This document shows positions 1 through 11,349 of a DNA stretch of 64,000 bases, piece after piece (positions within the stretch are counted from its first letter, which is position 1; each line of letters begins with the position of its first letter). This DNA is from Octopus vulgaris (Eukaryota), in contig OX597827.1 in assembly GCA_951406725.2 (NCBI GenBank), positions 25,482,001 to 25,546,000 on the forward strand, read 5' to 3'. Position numbers and translations under genes: made by a program. The notes under the pieces were generated by a model. It saw nothing but the letters and a program-made list of their open reading frames with translations. It did no database searches and had not been told where the DNA came from.

Positions 1-61
<61 letters not shown>

Positions 62-78
62 CCTCTCTCTCTCTCTCA

Positions 79-140
<62 letters not shown>
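1..140. repeat. Compound microsatellite (ATCT)n-(CT)n-(TA)n
   Basis: Directly visible. It represents dozens of similar tracts, e.g. 7756-8058, 32724-33230, 50690-50880 and 60810-60938. Confidence 0.98.
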
Positions 141-144
<4 letters not shown>

Positions 145-1252
145 GGTGACATCTTTCTATGTGTAGAGAAAATGAAACATGAGGGTGAAAATAAACTAAA
201 TAATACACACGACACATCAGAAAGCTCTTTGGTCTCCAGACGTCCAACTTCGTACGGCCTTCGACACTATATTATATATCACAGAATAGTTTATTGGAGG
301 AGAATTAAATCTAATAGTTTACGAAGTAGCATCCAAATCACCGATATACCATGCTACAAAAACCTATGTAAGTATTTACATAAATGTGTTTAATTAGCTC
401 TCATTCTGTCCCGTTATTTCCTCCTCTCTCCCTCTCTCTCTCACACACGTACACGAACAAATGACATATAAACACATACAGCCTGAAAGAGAGAGAGAGA
501 GAGAGACAGATAGAGAGAGACAGAGCAGTGCACACGCATATGTATTATGTATGTAACTATATATGTATGTATAAATACGAATCGGTTTCTGACTGAAGAA
601 TGAAGGCTCTGAATTACTGTCCGTTTTTCCGTGTTTGTCAATTCGTGAATTTCACGTTCTTTATATATAAGTTTTATTCTATATTATCGCAGCGTACGTG
701 CACCAATCCATTTATGTTTGTCATATCTCCACTATTGCACGATGTCTTCAACTTTAAACCTCCCCTTTATCATCCGCCATTGCTTCTTCCTCAAGGTATT
801 TTGGCGCTTCTTTACCAAGTTATTTTGGCGCCCCTTCCTCTCACCCTCTTTAATTCTTTCTTTCCCTCTCTCTCTTGGTCATTTCTCGGCCATCCTCAAT
901 CCCCCCTCTCTCTTTCTCTCTCACCTTCATGCAACCTGCTGCTGCTAAGCCATTCCACTGCTGACAGCCGCCTGTACAACACATGTGTCCTCTACCGAAA
1001 AGGTAACCGCTTCCCACGCTTGCTGATCAATTGTTTTGTCTCATTTTGTCTGAAAGTCGTAAGACGCCCCCGTATGGAGTTTAACTGCTCTTTCTAGTGA
1101 GTCAGATGTCCTATCATTGTAATCTCTTATGTGTTCAAATGCACACTATATTTTTCTATGAATAATATATAGTCTATTGATTATTCTTTCCTTCTCGCTA
1201 GACCACTGGTAGCGGAGAATTTTTCTAAAATTTGTTTTGCTACCCTAAGATT

Positions 1253-1292
<40 letters not shown>

Positions 1293-4069
1293 ATACTCCT
1301 TTATGGAAAGTGCAAATTCTCTTCAGTCTTTTAAAATTAAAGGTTAATAAGATTTCTTCAAGAGAATTATTTGCAAAATTTTCGGAATTTGATTGGAATA
1401 CAAATAAACAAATAAATAAATAGATAAATAAAAAATGTATGAATAAATAAATAAATAAAATAAAGAAAGAAAGAACATCTAAAACAAGAACATGATGTAC
1501 AGCAGCAAGCTGAAGAAATTGTGAAGTTTATTGGACGCCTTGGTAAGTTAATTTCTATATTTAATGCAATCCATGTTAAGCTAAATTAGTTTTTAGATGG
1601 CTGCCTTTGCAGAATCTCTTAACAAAATACTACAGAATATTTCTAATATGAATTCTTCTCATTAATTCTTAACAATTACAAGTATGTGGGTGTATGCAGA
1701 TGTTGTTTTACACAGAATATACGATGAGGCTGGTTGCTAAAGACTAGAAATTTATGCACACGGAACTGTTTTTGTTCATTGAAATTCCATATAATGTAAA
1801 ACCTTAGGTCACGCAATATAGACATTAAAATGATAAAAAAAAATACAATCAATATAAAGAAACCGCTCACAATTCTTCCATCGGTTCTTCGTTCTTTCTG
1901 TTCTTATTCTCTTACATTTCCATCTGTATCGCGTATGCTACACATAAGCGCTCGACACAAGAAGCTACATACGCACGCACACAAACACACAGACAAACAC
2001 ACACACAAACACGCACATACATGTATGTTCACTTCTATGCATTTATCAATAACCGCATTTGTTGATTCAATGCTAATTGATTCAATACGCCAAACTTTGT
2101 CTTATAATGATTTCTCTACGAGATATTCTAGAAGTCTTACAACAGAAAACAGAATTGAAATTTATATTCTATTATAAATCAATTATGGGAAAGAAATTGC
2201 TTGCGCCATGCACCAAGTGTTCAGCTTTCGGCGTGGCGAGTTTGGTAAGGCTATTTTTTTCTTATTTTTATGAAGTCATTATCACTTGAACATGTTTTTA
2301 TTCACTCAATACAGTAATTTCCTTGTAAAAGGAATTAATATCACAACTTCTTCCTTCTTCTAGCTGGCCACAATATATTTGTTTTTTTTTATCGCTTTTC
2401 CAGTCAAACGTAATAATTGGACGGAAATTAGAGCCAATGGGTAGTGTGTTTCACATTTGGGTGGATAATTAAAAAACATAATCTTCTGTATTTATTGGTT
2501 ATAGGCTATAGAAATCAATGTCTTTCGGGTGGTAATATAATGAACTGGAACGTTGATAGGAGTGTAGAAATGTAGTGTCCGAGATCAAATGAGTTTAAGG
2601 AAGGCAGATTGAATAAATTGAATATAACTTCATTTCTAGCTGTGTTATAAAGTTTGTGCAAGAATTGAGCAAGGGAAAGTACAGGACACCATGCTATTGC
2701 AAGTAAGACTTGGTAAATAAATTATGTTTCTCTGCTAAGCGAGTTAACTACCAGCGTGCATCGTAATCGGCCATTTTAATGACAAAGAATTTGTGTCCCA
2801 TTTGGATTGTCGTGGCTTGACAAAATGTCAGCAACTTCTGAAATTTCTGCCAAATATAAATAATTCAAATCCAGATCTAGTATAATGGTAAGATATACAG
2901 CATTTGTAGAAAGGTACCAGTGCTAGAGGTACACATGAAACGTCCTGCAGGAAACAGGAGACCAGAAATATAGAAAATGTATAATGGCGGTGTGAATAAA
3001 TTGATTGTTTAGACAAAACCATTTGCGTTGAGTGAAAGTATTTAAACTAAATGTTTTATCTCCTGTTTAGCTAAATAAACTTATCTGGAGTCAAAGTGTT
3101 TATATAAATCTTTTTACGATAATTTATTGTATTTATCTAAATCATTATACGTTTACATATATTGTCTTGCTAGTTCCACTTCCATTCCCTTATAGGGTGT
3201 CGTCAAATCCTTTCTCGCTCTCTGAGAGTGTTTAGGTAAATTCTTTTAGGTTGTATTGTAGATTGTAGCTGAATTATTTTACATTGAATTATGGTGTACT
3301 GATCATTCATTTCATGTTCGTTTATAATATGTAGCTAAAAAATATTTATTTTCTGATTCCGTCAACTTTCTTTTGCTTTCACGTTTTCAAAGTCGATTAT
3401 GAGGAAAACAAAAACAAATAAACTGTAATTTAAAGAGGCCAATTCAAAACCGACCCCACACAGCACTGAGCCAATTAAAAAAGAAACAGAAATTACTATT
3501 ATAATACGGGGAACTGAAGTATCGACGGTCAAAATAATATGAGGTATTATTTCAGTGGCTGTCATCCAATCATTAGTTTCGTCTAAAAAAACCATTAACG
3601 TTCTCCCCAAATAATTGCTGGTATGTAGCTATTATATTTAGCTTGAATAGTAATGTATTAAAAAGCCTGAAAATAAGAAAATAGATTTAGATATAAACTG
3701 TTGTAAAATCGCTATTGAATTATGGAGGTGAGAACACGGCGTTGACAATCGTTTGGAGTTGCTTTAAGTTGTGTTGCGCTTTATGTTGTATATTTCACAT
3801 TCTGTATCTATCAGTATGCTCATGTTTCTGGCAATTTTTATATTATTATGTCATAATGAAATTATTATTTTCGGTACGAGAATGAGTGAGAGAGAGAGAG
3901 AGAGAGAGAAAGTAGAAAAGAAAGTTAGTTTCAAGCAATCCGTAGTAAATATAAAAAAAAAAAATTTTCAGGGACAATAGTGCTTTATTGAGACGGAAGG
4001 TTGTAGAATTTTTCGTATAGAAGTACGATACGATAGGCGACCAAGATTGTCGGGTATGCAAATAAAAAT

Positions 4070-4312
4070 ACAAGAGTTAAGGAATGGAGAAGATGAGATC
4101 CCGGCTACATATGTTTCATAGCTAGCGGAACGTCGGAAGTAGTAAATATCCAAGCGAGGTGTATACCACAGGCTGGTTGTCTGGTCAAGGGTATCTTGAT
4201 TGAATGAGGTACATGTTAGCACATGGAAGAATCGATCAGACGAGTAGTCTGCGGTATACACATGTATACATATGTAGCCCGGATCTTATCTTCTCCATTC
4301 CTTAACTCTTGT
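4070..4312. repeat. 45-bp inverted repeat enclosing a second hairpin; probable Penelope-type fragment with the 3' half of a hammerhead
   Basis: 4070-4114 is the reverse complement of 4268-4312 (2 mismatches). An inner stem pairs 4159-4174 with 4246-4261. The minus strand reads GAAA-CATATG-TA at 4117-4106. (TA)n follows. Confidence 0.6.
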
Positions 4313-4319
4313 GTTTGCT

Positions 4320-4374
<55 letters not shown>

Positions 4375-5068
4375 ATATATATATACACACAAAATATGGG
4401 TGTTTAGTTTAGTTCACAGGTGATCTAAACAATTAGGTACACTGGGTAAGTGCTATAACGGATTACCAGCGCTCTATAACCGAAACGGGAGATATGGAAC
4501 GATTGTAGATTTCTAATATAGCGGATATATGATTGTTAAAGAGGACAACAAACATCTCCAGTTATATACGTTATTATGACTGCAAAAATTCAAAGTCTTA
4601 TTTTTCCAATAATAACAACGTATATGACTTGAAATGTTTGTATTGAACTTCTTTCCTTTAGCACCTCAAAAGTAAGATCTCTTCCCTAAAGACAGAGGCA
4701 CATCTCATCCTATGATGGAATAATCTATAAATATTATTATGAGCCACCGAGCCCCCGGAAAAAAAGGTGTTGCGTTTGCAATACTGTTCCTCATCCCCTT
4801 TAATTCTCTGTATCAATTCTATTCTGTGTAAGTCGGACCTTATTTATGTATACATAAATACATTTTAAGTATTAGCTGTATTTAATATACATTATATATT
4901 GACCTGTCTAAATTCATTTCTCTACATTTACTTCGATACCCGGTCAAGTTCAAATCTCTAGAGCACTAAAAAGTGTTTTCTATGCGGAAATCATTCGGAT
5001 CTCATCAATGAGCTATATGTATATAAGTTCGCGCACACATATATGTATGTATCTCTCTCTCTCTCTCT

Positions 5069-5108
<40 letters not shown>

Positions 5109-5169
5109 GGTCACATATATATATAAATACATACATATAATATATATTAAGATATATATATATATATAT

Positions 5170-5380
5170 TACTCTTTTACTCTTTTACTTGTTTCAGTCA
5201 TTTGATTGCGGCCATGCTGGAGCACCGCCTTTAGTCGAGCAAATCGACCACGGGACTTATTCTTTGTAAGCCCAGTTCTTATTCTATCGGTCTCTTTTGC
5301 CGAACCGCTAAGTGACGGAGACATAAACACACCAGCATCGGTTGTCAAGCAATGCTAGGGGGACAAACACAGACACACAA

Positions 5381-5451
<71 letters not shown>

Positions 5452-5604
5452 CATACATATATACGACGGGCGTCTTTCAGTATCCGTCTACCAAATCCAC
5501 TCACAAGGCATTGGTCGGCCCGGGGCTATAGCAGAAGACACTTGCCCAAGATGTCACGCAGTGGGACTGAACCCGGAACCATGTGGTTGATTAGGAAGCT
5601 ACTT
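5170..5604 (-). mobile_element. tRNA-derived SINE body (octopus OK/OR-like), with its 5' head displaced to 7637-7670
   Basis: Matches the intact + strand copy at 41807-42227 (GGTTCAGTCCC B-box-like motif, GGATTTGGTAGACGG, internal TA/GT tract, tail GCTCCAGCATGGCCGCA..TGACTGAAACAAGTAA). Confidence 0.85.
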
Positions 5605-7636
5605 TATTTCATAAATTTGTCATATAGACAGTACAAAGAGCTTTGCGGGCTGGACAAATACATTAATGAATGGAAATGAAATATAATGAATAAATGAGAG
5701 ACGAAACCCAACACCCGCCGATTGGATTTTTTTCGAAAACACATTTTCTTTTTTTTTTTTAAATCAATATGAGGTTTCGAACCTTATACAAGGAGGAGGC
5801 ACTAAAACCTCTTACTTAACGTGTTTTCTTTTTTTTTTCTTTCTTGAAGCAAAAAATTGAGGTTATAAACCATTACAAAATAATCCAATAAGGGTCTTTC
5901 ACCTCCTACTCTTCGATATATCCACTGATATATTCATCATTATCTTCAATGCCGCTTGAGTTCCTGTATCCCGCAATTTCCCATGCCACACTCATGTAGG
6001 ACATGTAAGTCGTGTAAGGGCCACCCGGCCATATGCGACACTCCTCCCCAAATCCTTTAAGCCTTTCCCACAAGGGAAACCTTATGACCTCCACAGCTAT
6101 CTGCGGAGGCCATTCGGGATCCCGTGTGAAGGGCATATCTACTGTTTTTTTATGTTCTTCTACTATTTTTCCACCTCCCCGCCCTTGTAGAAAAAGATAA
6201 TTAATTGATCATCTTTAAGGGTGGGGGTTGTTTCTTCCACAGTGGGTGGCACAACTTCGGGACATGCAGTCGGCACATCATCTCCCCGCTGAGATGACCC
6301 GTTCTTCTTCCTTCTTTTTTCTTTTCTTCCTGGCTTCGGGAGAGTGGAGCTCTTCCGCTTTGTCCGGAGACTCTTCCCCGCCTTCCGAAGCCTTAGGTTC
6401 CTTCGGCGGGCAACTATTGTTGCCCGCCTTCTTCCTTTTTAATCCTTTTTGAGTTGAGGAGGCTGAAGCCTCCTCGACCACATCCACCTCTCCCTTTGAG
6501 CAAGTAGGGGAGGTGGCATCTAGTGACTGTTCCAGGACCTTACCATGGCCCTGGGGGCAGTTCCTTTTAATGTGGCCTGGCTGCAAGCACGAGTGACACT
6601 TTGGGGGACGTCCCTCAAGTATCACCAGATACCTGCAGCCAGCCATTTTCAAGAAATCTGGAAAAACTAGTTCTGTTGTGGCCGATGGGGCCCACAGGGT
6701 CAAAATCGCTTTTGACCCTTCCCAATCGACCGCCGGCAATATTCTTACATTTAAGAGCCTGGGCCCGCCATCCCCCGTCCCCGTCGGATGGTATATTCAA
6801 TCCAATCCACTTCGGTGCCCGGGGGGGAGCCCACATACCTAGACTCGAATTAATTTTCTTTAACAATATGACGGGAGAAACAGAATTTCCTTGCCTTCTA
6901 AAGGCTGACTCGCAAACTGGCGAGCCTTTTCCCCGTTGTCAAACAGCAACCATACGGTTGCATGTTTGACACCACGGGATATATATTTTACAGAGGACAA
7001 ATGTTCTTTAAGTTCATTTTTTATGACTTGTTTTGGGAAGACGGTGATGGAATTAAGAACTTTAGAATACGTTCTAAGTACCATCGTCTTCTCCTCCGTA
7101 TCTTTTAACCATTGCTTAGACGGGTTAATTTCCCACCCTAAGACAGAGTTTTTCTTTTTAAGTTCCTTCACCGCCATGTCAAAAAACAGTTCAAAAATTA
7201 GTTCAAAAGACAGTCTGCCAAAAAGTTAAACCGAATAAAAATTAAACAAAAATGAAAGAGGAGGGGAGTAAACTGAAATTAAACTAATGAAAAGAATGAA
7301 CCAAATTTAGAAAGAAAGAAACAATAGAAGGGAAAAGTAAAAGAAAAACCTCACAAACAGCACAGACGGGTATCTTTTGTATAATACTCCAAAAAGGTAA
7401 TCCAAATGGCTTATTCTTATTTTTCTGGCGAGATACGCCCACTAGAATTCACAAGAAGAATTTTCAAAAAAATTCTCATTTCACCGTTACGGTGTTGAGA
7501 ACCCATTATTTTGCTCGCTATAGCGAGCCATAATTGACATTTTTTCTTTTTGTTATTTTTTTCTATTCGCGGAACTGAAACTCAGATCTACTAACTGTAA
7601 CAGTCCAGACAAACTAGTGTTGCATTCTGGATAAAC
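5605..7636 (-). mobile_element. ORF1-only non-autonomous non-LTR retroelement (L1/Tx1-like ORF1), ~2.03 kb
   Basis: Flanked by the direct repeat AAGCTACTT (5596-5604, 7637-7645), which splits one SINE. It holds a frameshifted ORF with a CCHC knuckle, has AATAAA at the 3' junction and shows no RT or endonuclease motifs. Confidence 0.7.
6278..7177 (-). pseudogene. Frameshifted ORF1/gag-like nucleic-acid-binding protein with a CX2CX4HX4C zinc knuckle
   Basis: Three consecutive overlapping ORFs (7177-6860, 6866-6615, 6739-6278). The ATG lies in a GACATGG context. Motif EGRPPKCHSCLQPGHIKRNCP is followed by a basic low-complexity tail. An RRM-like fold upstream is inference. Confidence 0.75.
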
Positions 7637-7670
7637 AAGCTACTTACCACACAACCACTCCTGCGCCTAT
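7637..7670 (-). mobile_element. 5' head of the tRNA-derived SINE
   Basis: TAGGCGCAGGAGTGGTTGTGTGGTAAGTAGCTT matches the heads at 41808 and 46983. Confidence 0.8.
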
Positions 7671-7680
7671 AACGTTCACT

Positions 7681-7751
7681 TAGCAGAGCGTAGTTTCGAT
7701 CTACGGACATCTGCGTTATGGGCCCAGCACGTTTCCACTGCACCACACTGC

Positions 7752-7752
<1 letters not shown>
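7681..7752 (-). tRNA. tRNA-iMet: Initiator tRNA-Met (CAT), probably a pseudogene
   Basis: The 72-nt minus strand AGCAGTGTGGTGCAGTGGAAACGTGCTGGGCCCATAACGCAGATGTCCGTAGATCGAAACTACGCTCTGCTA has the A1:U72 pair and the ATCGAAA T-loop diagnostic of eukaryotic initiators. The acceptor, D and anticodon stems each carry one mismatch, and no oligo-T terminator follows. Confidence 0.88.
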
Positions 7753-7839
<87 letters not shown>

Positions 7840-7859
7840 TATACATATATATATATATA

Positions 7860-7912
<53 letters not shown>

Positions 7913-7944
7913 CATATATATATACATATATATACATATATATA

Positions 7945-8063
<119 letters not shown>

Positions 8064-8254
8064 AAATAATTACATGACCAAGCTAGAAACGTGACGCCAT
8101 CATGCAATCACCTCATCAGCCATTACTTGGCTTGTAGTCAGCCCTCTTAACTTATCCGAGTCTGGTGCTCCGTACCGTCCTGCACTGAATGGAGTGAAGA
8201 ATCCAGTACTGACCTCCATTTTGGTTGTGGCGCATTTTACTCTGCACCTTTTTT

Positions 8255-8287
<33 letters not shown>

Positions 8288-8590
8288 AGAAATATTGAAT
8301 TTCTAAATCTCTCGTAGAGACATGTACGGTGGTGGGGCGATAGAATGGTTGTATACTGTGAATCTAACAAGAATGTGACAGTAGGGGGTACACCACTGCT
8401 TTATAGCCCTAGGAAGCATCGAACGCCTCCTGATAGCTTTGACACATTTTTTCCCTGTGTCCTTATATACATATACGAAGGGGAGACGTATATGTATATA
8501 AGAACAGAGGGAAAAATGTGTCAAAGCTATCAGGAGGCGTTCGATGCTTCCTAGAGCTATACAATTACGAAGTCGAGGCAAATATCACCA

Positions 8591-8670
8591 GCTGACCGGT
8601 GTCTGCTACTCTAGGCCGATGAAGGACAACGATCCTGAAACACGGTGTCCCTAGATGCAGTTCCGGCAGC
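8591..8670 (+). ncRNA. Type I hammerhead ribozyme, family A copy 1
   Basis: TCTAGG-CCGATGA-AGGA caacga TCCT-GAAA-CAC g GTG-TC^-CCTAGA. Stem I extends by CTGC/GCAG and GCTG(a)CCGG/CCGGCAGC. Predicted cut is after C8649. The core has a U4C variant. Confidence 0.8.
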
Positions 8671-8955
8671 CGGGGGTGTTTGTCTCCCCTTCGTATATGT
8701 ATATAAGGACACAGGGAAAAAATGTGTCAAAGCTATCAGGAGGCGTTCGATGGTTCCTAGGGCTATACAGCGGTGGTGTACCCCCTACCGTCACGTTCTT
8801 GTTAGATTGACAGTATTCAACCATTCTATCGCCCCACCACCATACATGTCTCTACGAGAGATTTAGAAATTCAATATTTCTTATTTTGATAATCAGTGAA
8901 TAAACTTCACTGAATATACATATATACAATTACGAAGTCGAAGCAAATATCACCA

Positions 8956-9035
8956 GCTGACCGGTGTCTGCTACTCTAGGCCGATGAAGGACAACGATCC
9001 TGAAACACGGTGTCCCTAGAGGCAGTTCCGGCAGC
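8956..9035 (+). ncRNA. Type I hammerhead ribozyme, family A copy 2
   Basis: Same core as copy 1, with a perfect stem I CTCTAGG/CCTAGAG. Predicted cut is after C9014. Confidence 0.82.
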
Positions 9036-9280
9036 CGGGGGTGTTTGTCTCCCCTTCGTATATGTATATAAGGACACAGGGAAAAAATGTGTCGAAGCTA
9101 TCAGGAGGCGTTCGATGGTTCCTAGGGCTATACAGCGGTGGTGTACCCCCTACTGTCACGTTCTTGTTAGATTGACAGTATACAACCATTCTATATAGAT
9201 ATATATACACATATATGTATATATATGTAAAATTTCGAAGAAAATTAAAATTTATCTTATATAGTAGCATTTTCAAACTT

Positions 9281-9314
<34 letters not shown>

Positions 9315-10069
9315 CGTTTTGGGGGTTTGGTTTGCAAGATTGTTTATGAGTTTGTGTGTTGAAGCATATTCTCTTGTGTCTGTGGAGAGTCATTTTCTTT
9401 TTGTGCCTTATAATGAGACACACTCACCGGTAAAATTTCCGCTTATTTCTTATTTTTATTTTCCGTTGCGTCCTGCAACCTTTTCAATAGTCTTGACTCT
9501 CTCCGTTATCTACACTGCGTTTCTTTTTGTTTGTTTGTGCGCATGTGTGTGGGTTAGTGTGTGTGTGTATGCCTATACATGCATGCATGTACGTATGTAT
9601 GTTTGTGTTTGCATGTGTATGTATGCATATATGTGTGTGTATGCATATGTATATATGTATGTATATGTGTGCATCTGTATGTACGTATCCTGCATTTTAT
9701 GTGCTTGCATGTCCGTCTTTGTGTTTCTATGTATGTGTGTGTGAGAATGTGTTTGTATATGTATGCACCTCTGTCTCCTTGTCTGTGTGTGTGTTATGCA
9801 ACTATGTACCATGTTTGTATGTTTGGATGTGCATCTTTATATGTGTGGACCCGTGTCCCCATATGTGTCTGTTCTTGTAACGTATGTACCTATCTGTCTG
9901 TATGTTGATCTGTTTATTTTCATATCTATATACTTACATACAGAGAAAAGGTGCATACACATACACTCACCCCCACACACATACATACACTTATCTACCT
10001 AAGAGTCCTCTAACGATTCTACTCTACCTGTGTAAACTGTGGCTATGGTGGTATGGTATCTACTATGTA

Positions 10070-10520
10070 TATTTCCTATTTAGCATTGGGGAAGTTTCAT
10101 TTATAAGGACGTACTCCCGTATTTGTCTGAGTGTTGGGTCTTTTGGATGCTTGGATAAGATGCAGATGCCAAGTTGACCAAAGTTACCTCCATGGTGGTC
10201 TTTGGCATGCTGGTAGAGTATGGAGGACTGTGTTCTGTCGCCATATTGTCTCAGATGTTAATCTAGTCGTTCCGCAATGCTCCTAGGTGTCACCCCTATG
10301 TACGTTCATATATTTTCAAGCACCTTCTATGCATCTTATGCTGTAAACTACATTTCGAGTTCTACAGTTAATGCCAGGGCTAATCCTACATACCATGCAG
10401 TTACCATTGGTGCATATGGTATTCTTAAAGGGGTATGTCCTACATAATTGTGATCCGACGGAGTTCCCTGGCTTTTCAACAATTTTAATGTTGAGTTTGG
10501 TCTCCTTCAGAGCTTTTATA
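10070..10520 (-). pseudogene. Penelope-like element Cys-rich linker plus GIY-YIG endonuclease remnant (Neptune/Naiad-like)
   Basis: KIVEKPG..LCRTYPF..CTNGNCMVC..NCRTRNVVYSIRC, then after frameshifts YIGVTPRSIAERLD*H..LYQHAKDHH..RQIREYVLINETSPMLNRK. Confidence 0.85.
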
Positions 10521-10544
10521 TCTATTTGTATTTTTATATCTATA

Positions 10545-10700
10545 TTTAGATATAGAAACAAAGAATGGAATAGAATACAAAGAACGTGTGACAAAACAAA
10601 CAGGGCGAACACGTGGTATAAAACCGACAAATATCAAGGAGTGATGTTTGTAGAGGCCACAGCCCATGCAGAGCTAGCCCGTAGATTTAGAAAAGCGTGT
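10545..10700 (+). pseudogene. Upstream part of the same Penelope-like ORF, inverted
   Basis: WYKTDKYQGVMFVEATAHAELARRFRKA joins naturally onto the minus-strand KALKETKLNIKIVEKPG. Confidence 0.65.
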
Positions 10701-10729
10701 TGTATTTTCATGTTTGGATTAACTACACA

Positions 10730-10810
<81 letters not shown>

Positions 10811-10933
10811 GTATATATAAAACTTACGTGGAAGAGGATGCGTGGTGTGCAATCATATAATAATATAAATAATATACGTATATATGCATATATACATACA
10901 TATATGTACATATCTATCAATCTATCTATCTAT

Positions 10934-11001
<68 letters not shown>

Positions 11002-11014
11002 ATGTATATGCATA

Positions 11015-11232
11015 TGTGGTTACAGGACGTCACGAAAAGTGTACAACACAAAAATATGAAGCACGAATACATGGAATATGAACTATTCTTTCTAACAACG
11101 AAAGACACAAATGGAAGACTAAACAAACTACATAAATAACGACCCTTCATCAGTTGTTGTCTGTTTCTCTAGTCTCGTATTTCGAGCATTTAACAACAAT
11201 ATACACTTTGGATAAAACAGTTGTACCCACAA
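11015..11232. repeat. Interspersed repeat; second copy at 12548-12745
   Basis: Two diverged same-orientation copies (CAGGAC/TGTCA..GAACTATTCTTTC..TTCATCAGTTGTTG..CTAGTCTCGTATTTCGAGCATT), each preceded by (CT)n(TA)n. Confidence 0.8.
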
Positions 11233-11315
11233 ATGCTTATATATGTATATATATATACATATAGATGTATGTATGTACATATACGTATGTATATATGCAT
11301 ATATATATATTATGC

Positions 11316-11349
<34 letters not shown>

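Larger units (their letters stand above)
8286..9195 (+). mobile_element. Hammerhead-bearing 365-bp tandem repeat with a 5' inverted partial copy (non-autonomous Penelope-like element or retrozyme, family A)
   Basis: Units start at ~8559 and ~8924 (period 365). 8286-8487 is an inverted copy of ~8685-8885. TA-rich tracts flank both sides. Confidence 0.85.

Noticed and set aside
600-1097. 165-aa ORF
   Set aside because: Pyrimidine-rich low-complexity sequence with no motif or splice evidence.
8559-9195. Tandem repeats (also 28505-29351) as CRISPR arrays, or their repeated 62-73 aa ORFs as genes
   Set aside because: The units are hundreds of bp with no unique spacers, in eukaryotic DNA. The ORFs recur only because the DNA is duplicated.
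9465-9495. Minus-strand TTGAAAA-g-GTTGC..GCAAC-gGAAA as a hammerhead
   Set aside because: Stem II is present, but the core is too degenerate and stems I and III cannot be formed.
10305-10325. TGA in the GIY-YIG region as selenocysteine, as reported for some Naiad elements
   Set aside because: The stop is explained by a frameshift in a decayed copy, and the linker Cys codons are ordinary.
11140-11160. CTGATGA on the minus strand (also ~12680) as a hammerhead core
   Set aside because: No convincing stem II/GAAA partner is present in either copy, so this remains unresolved.
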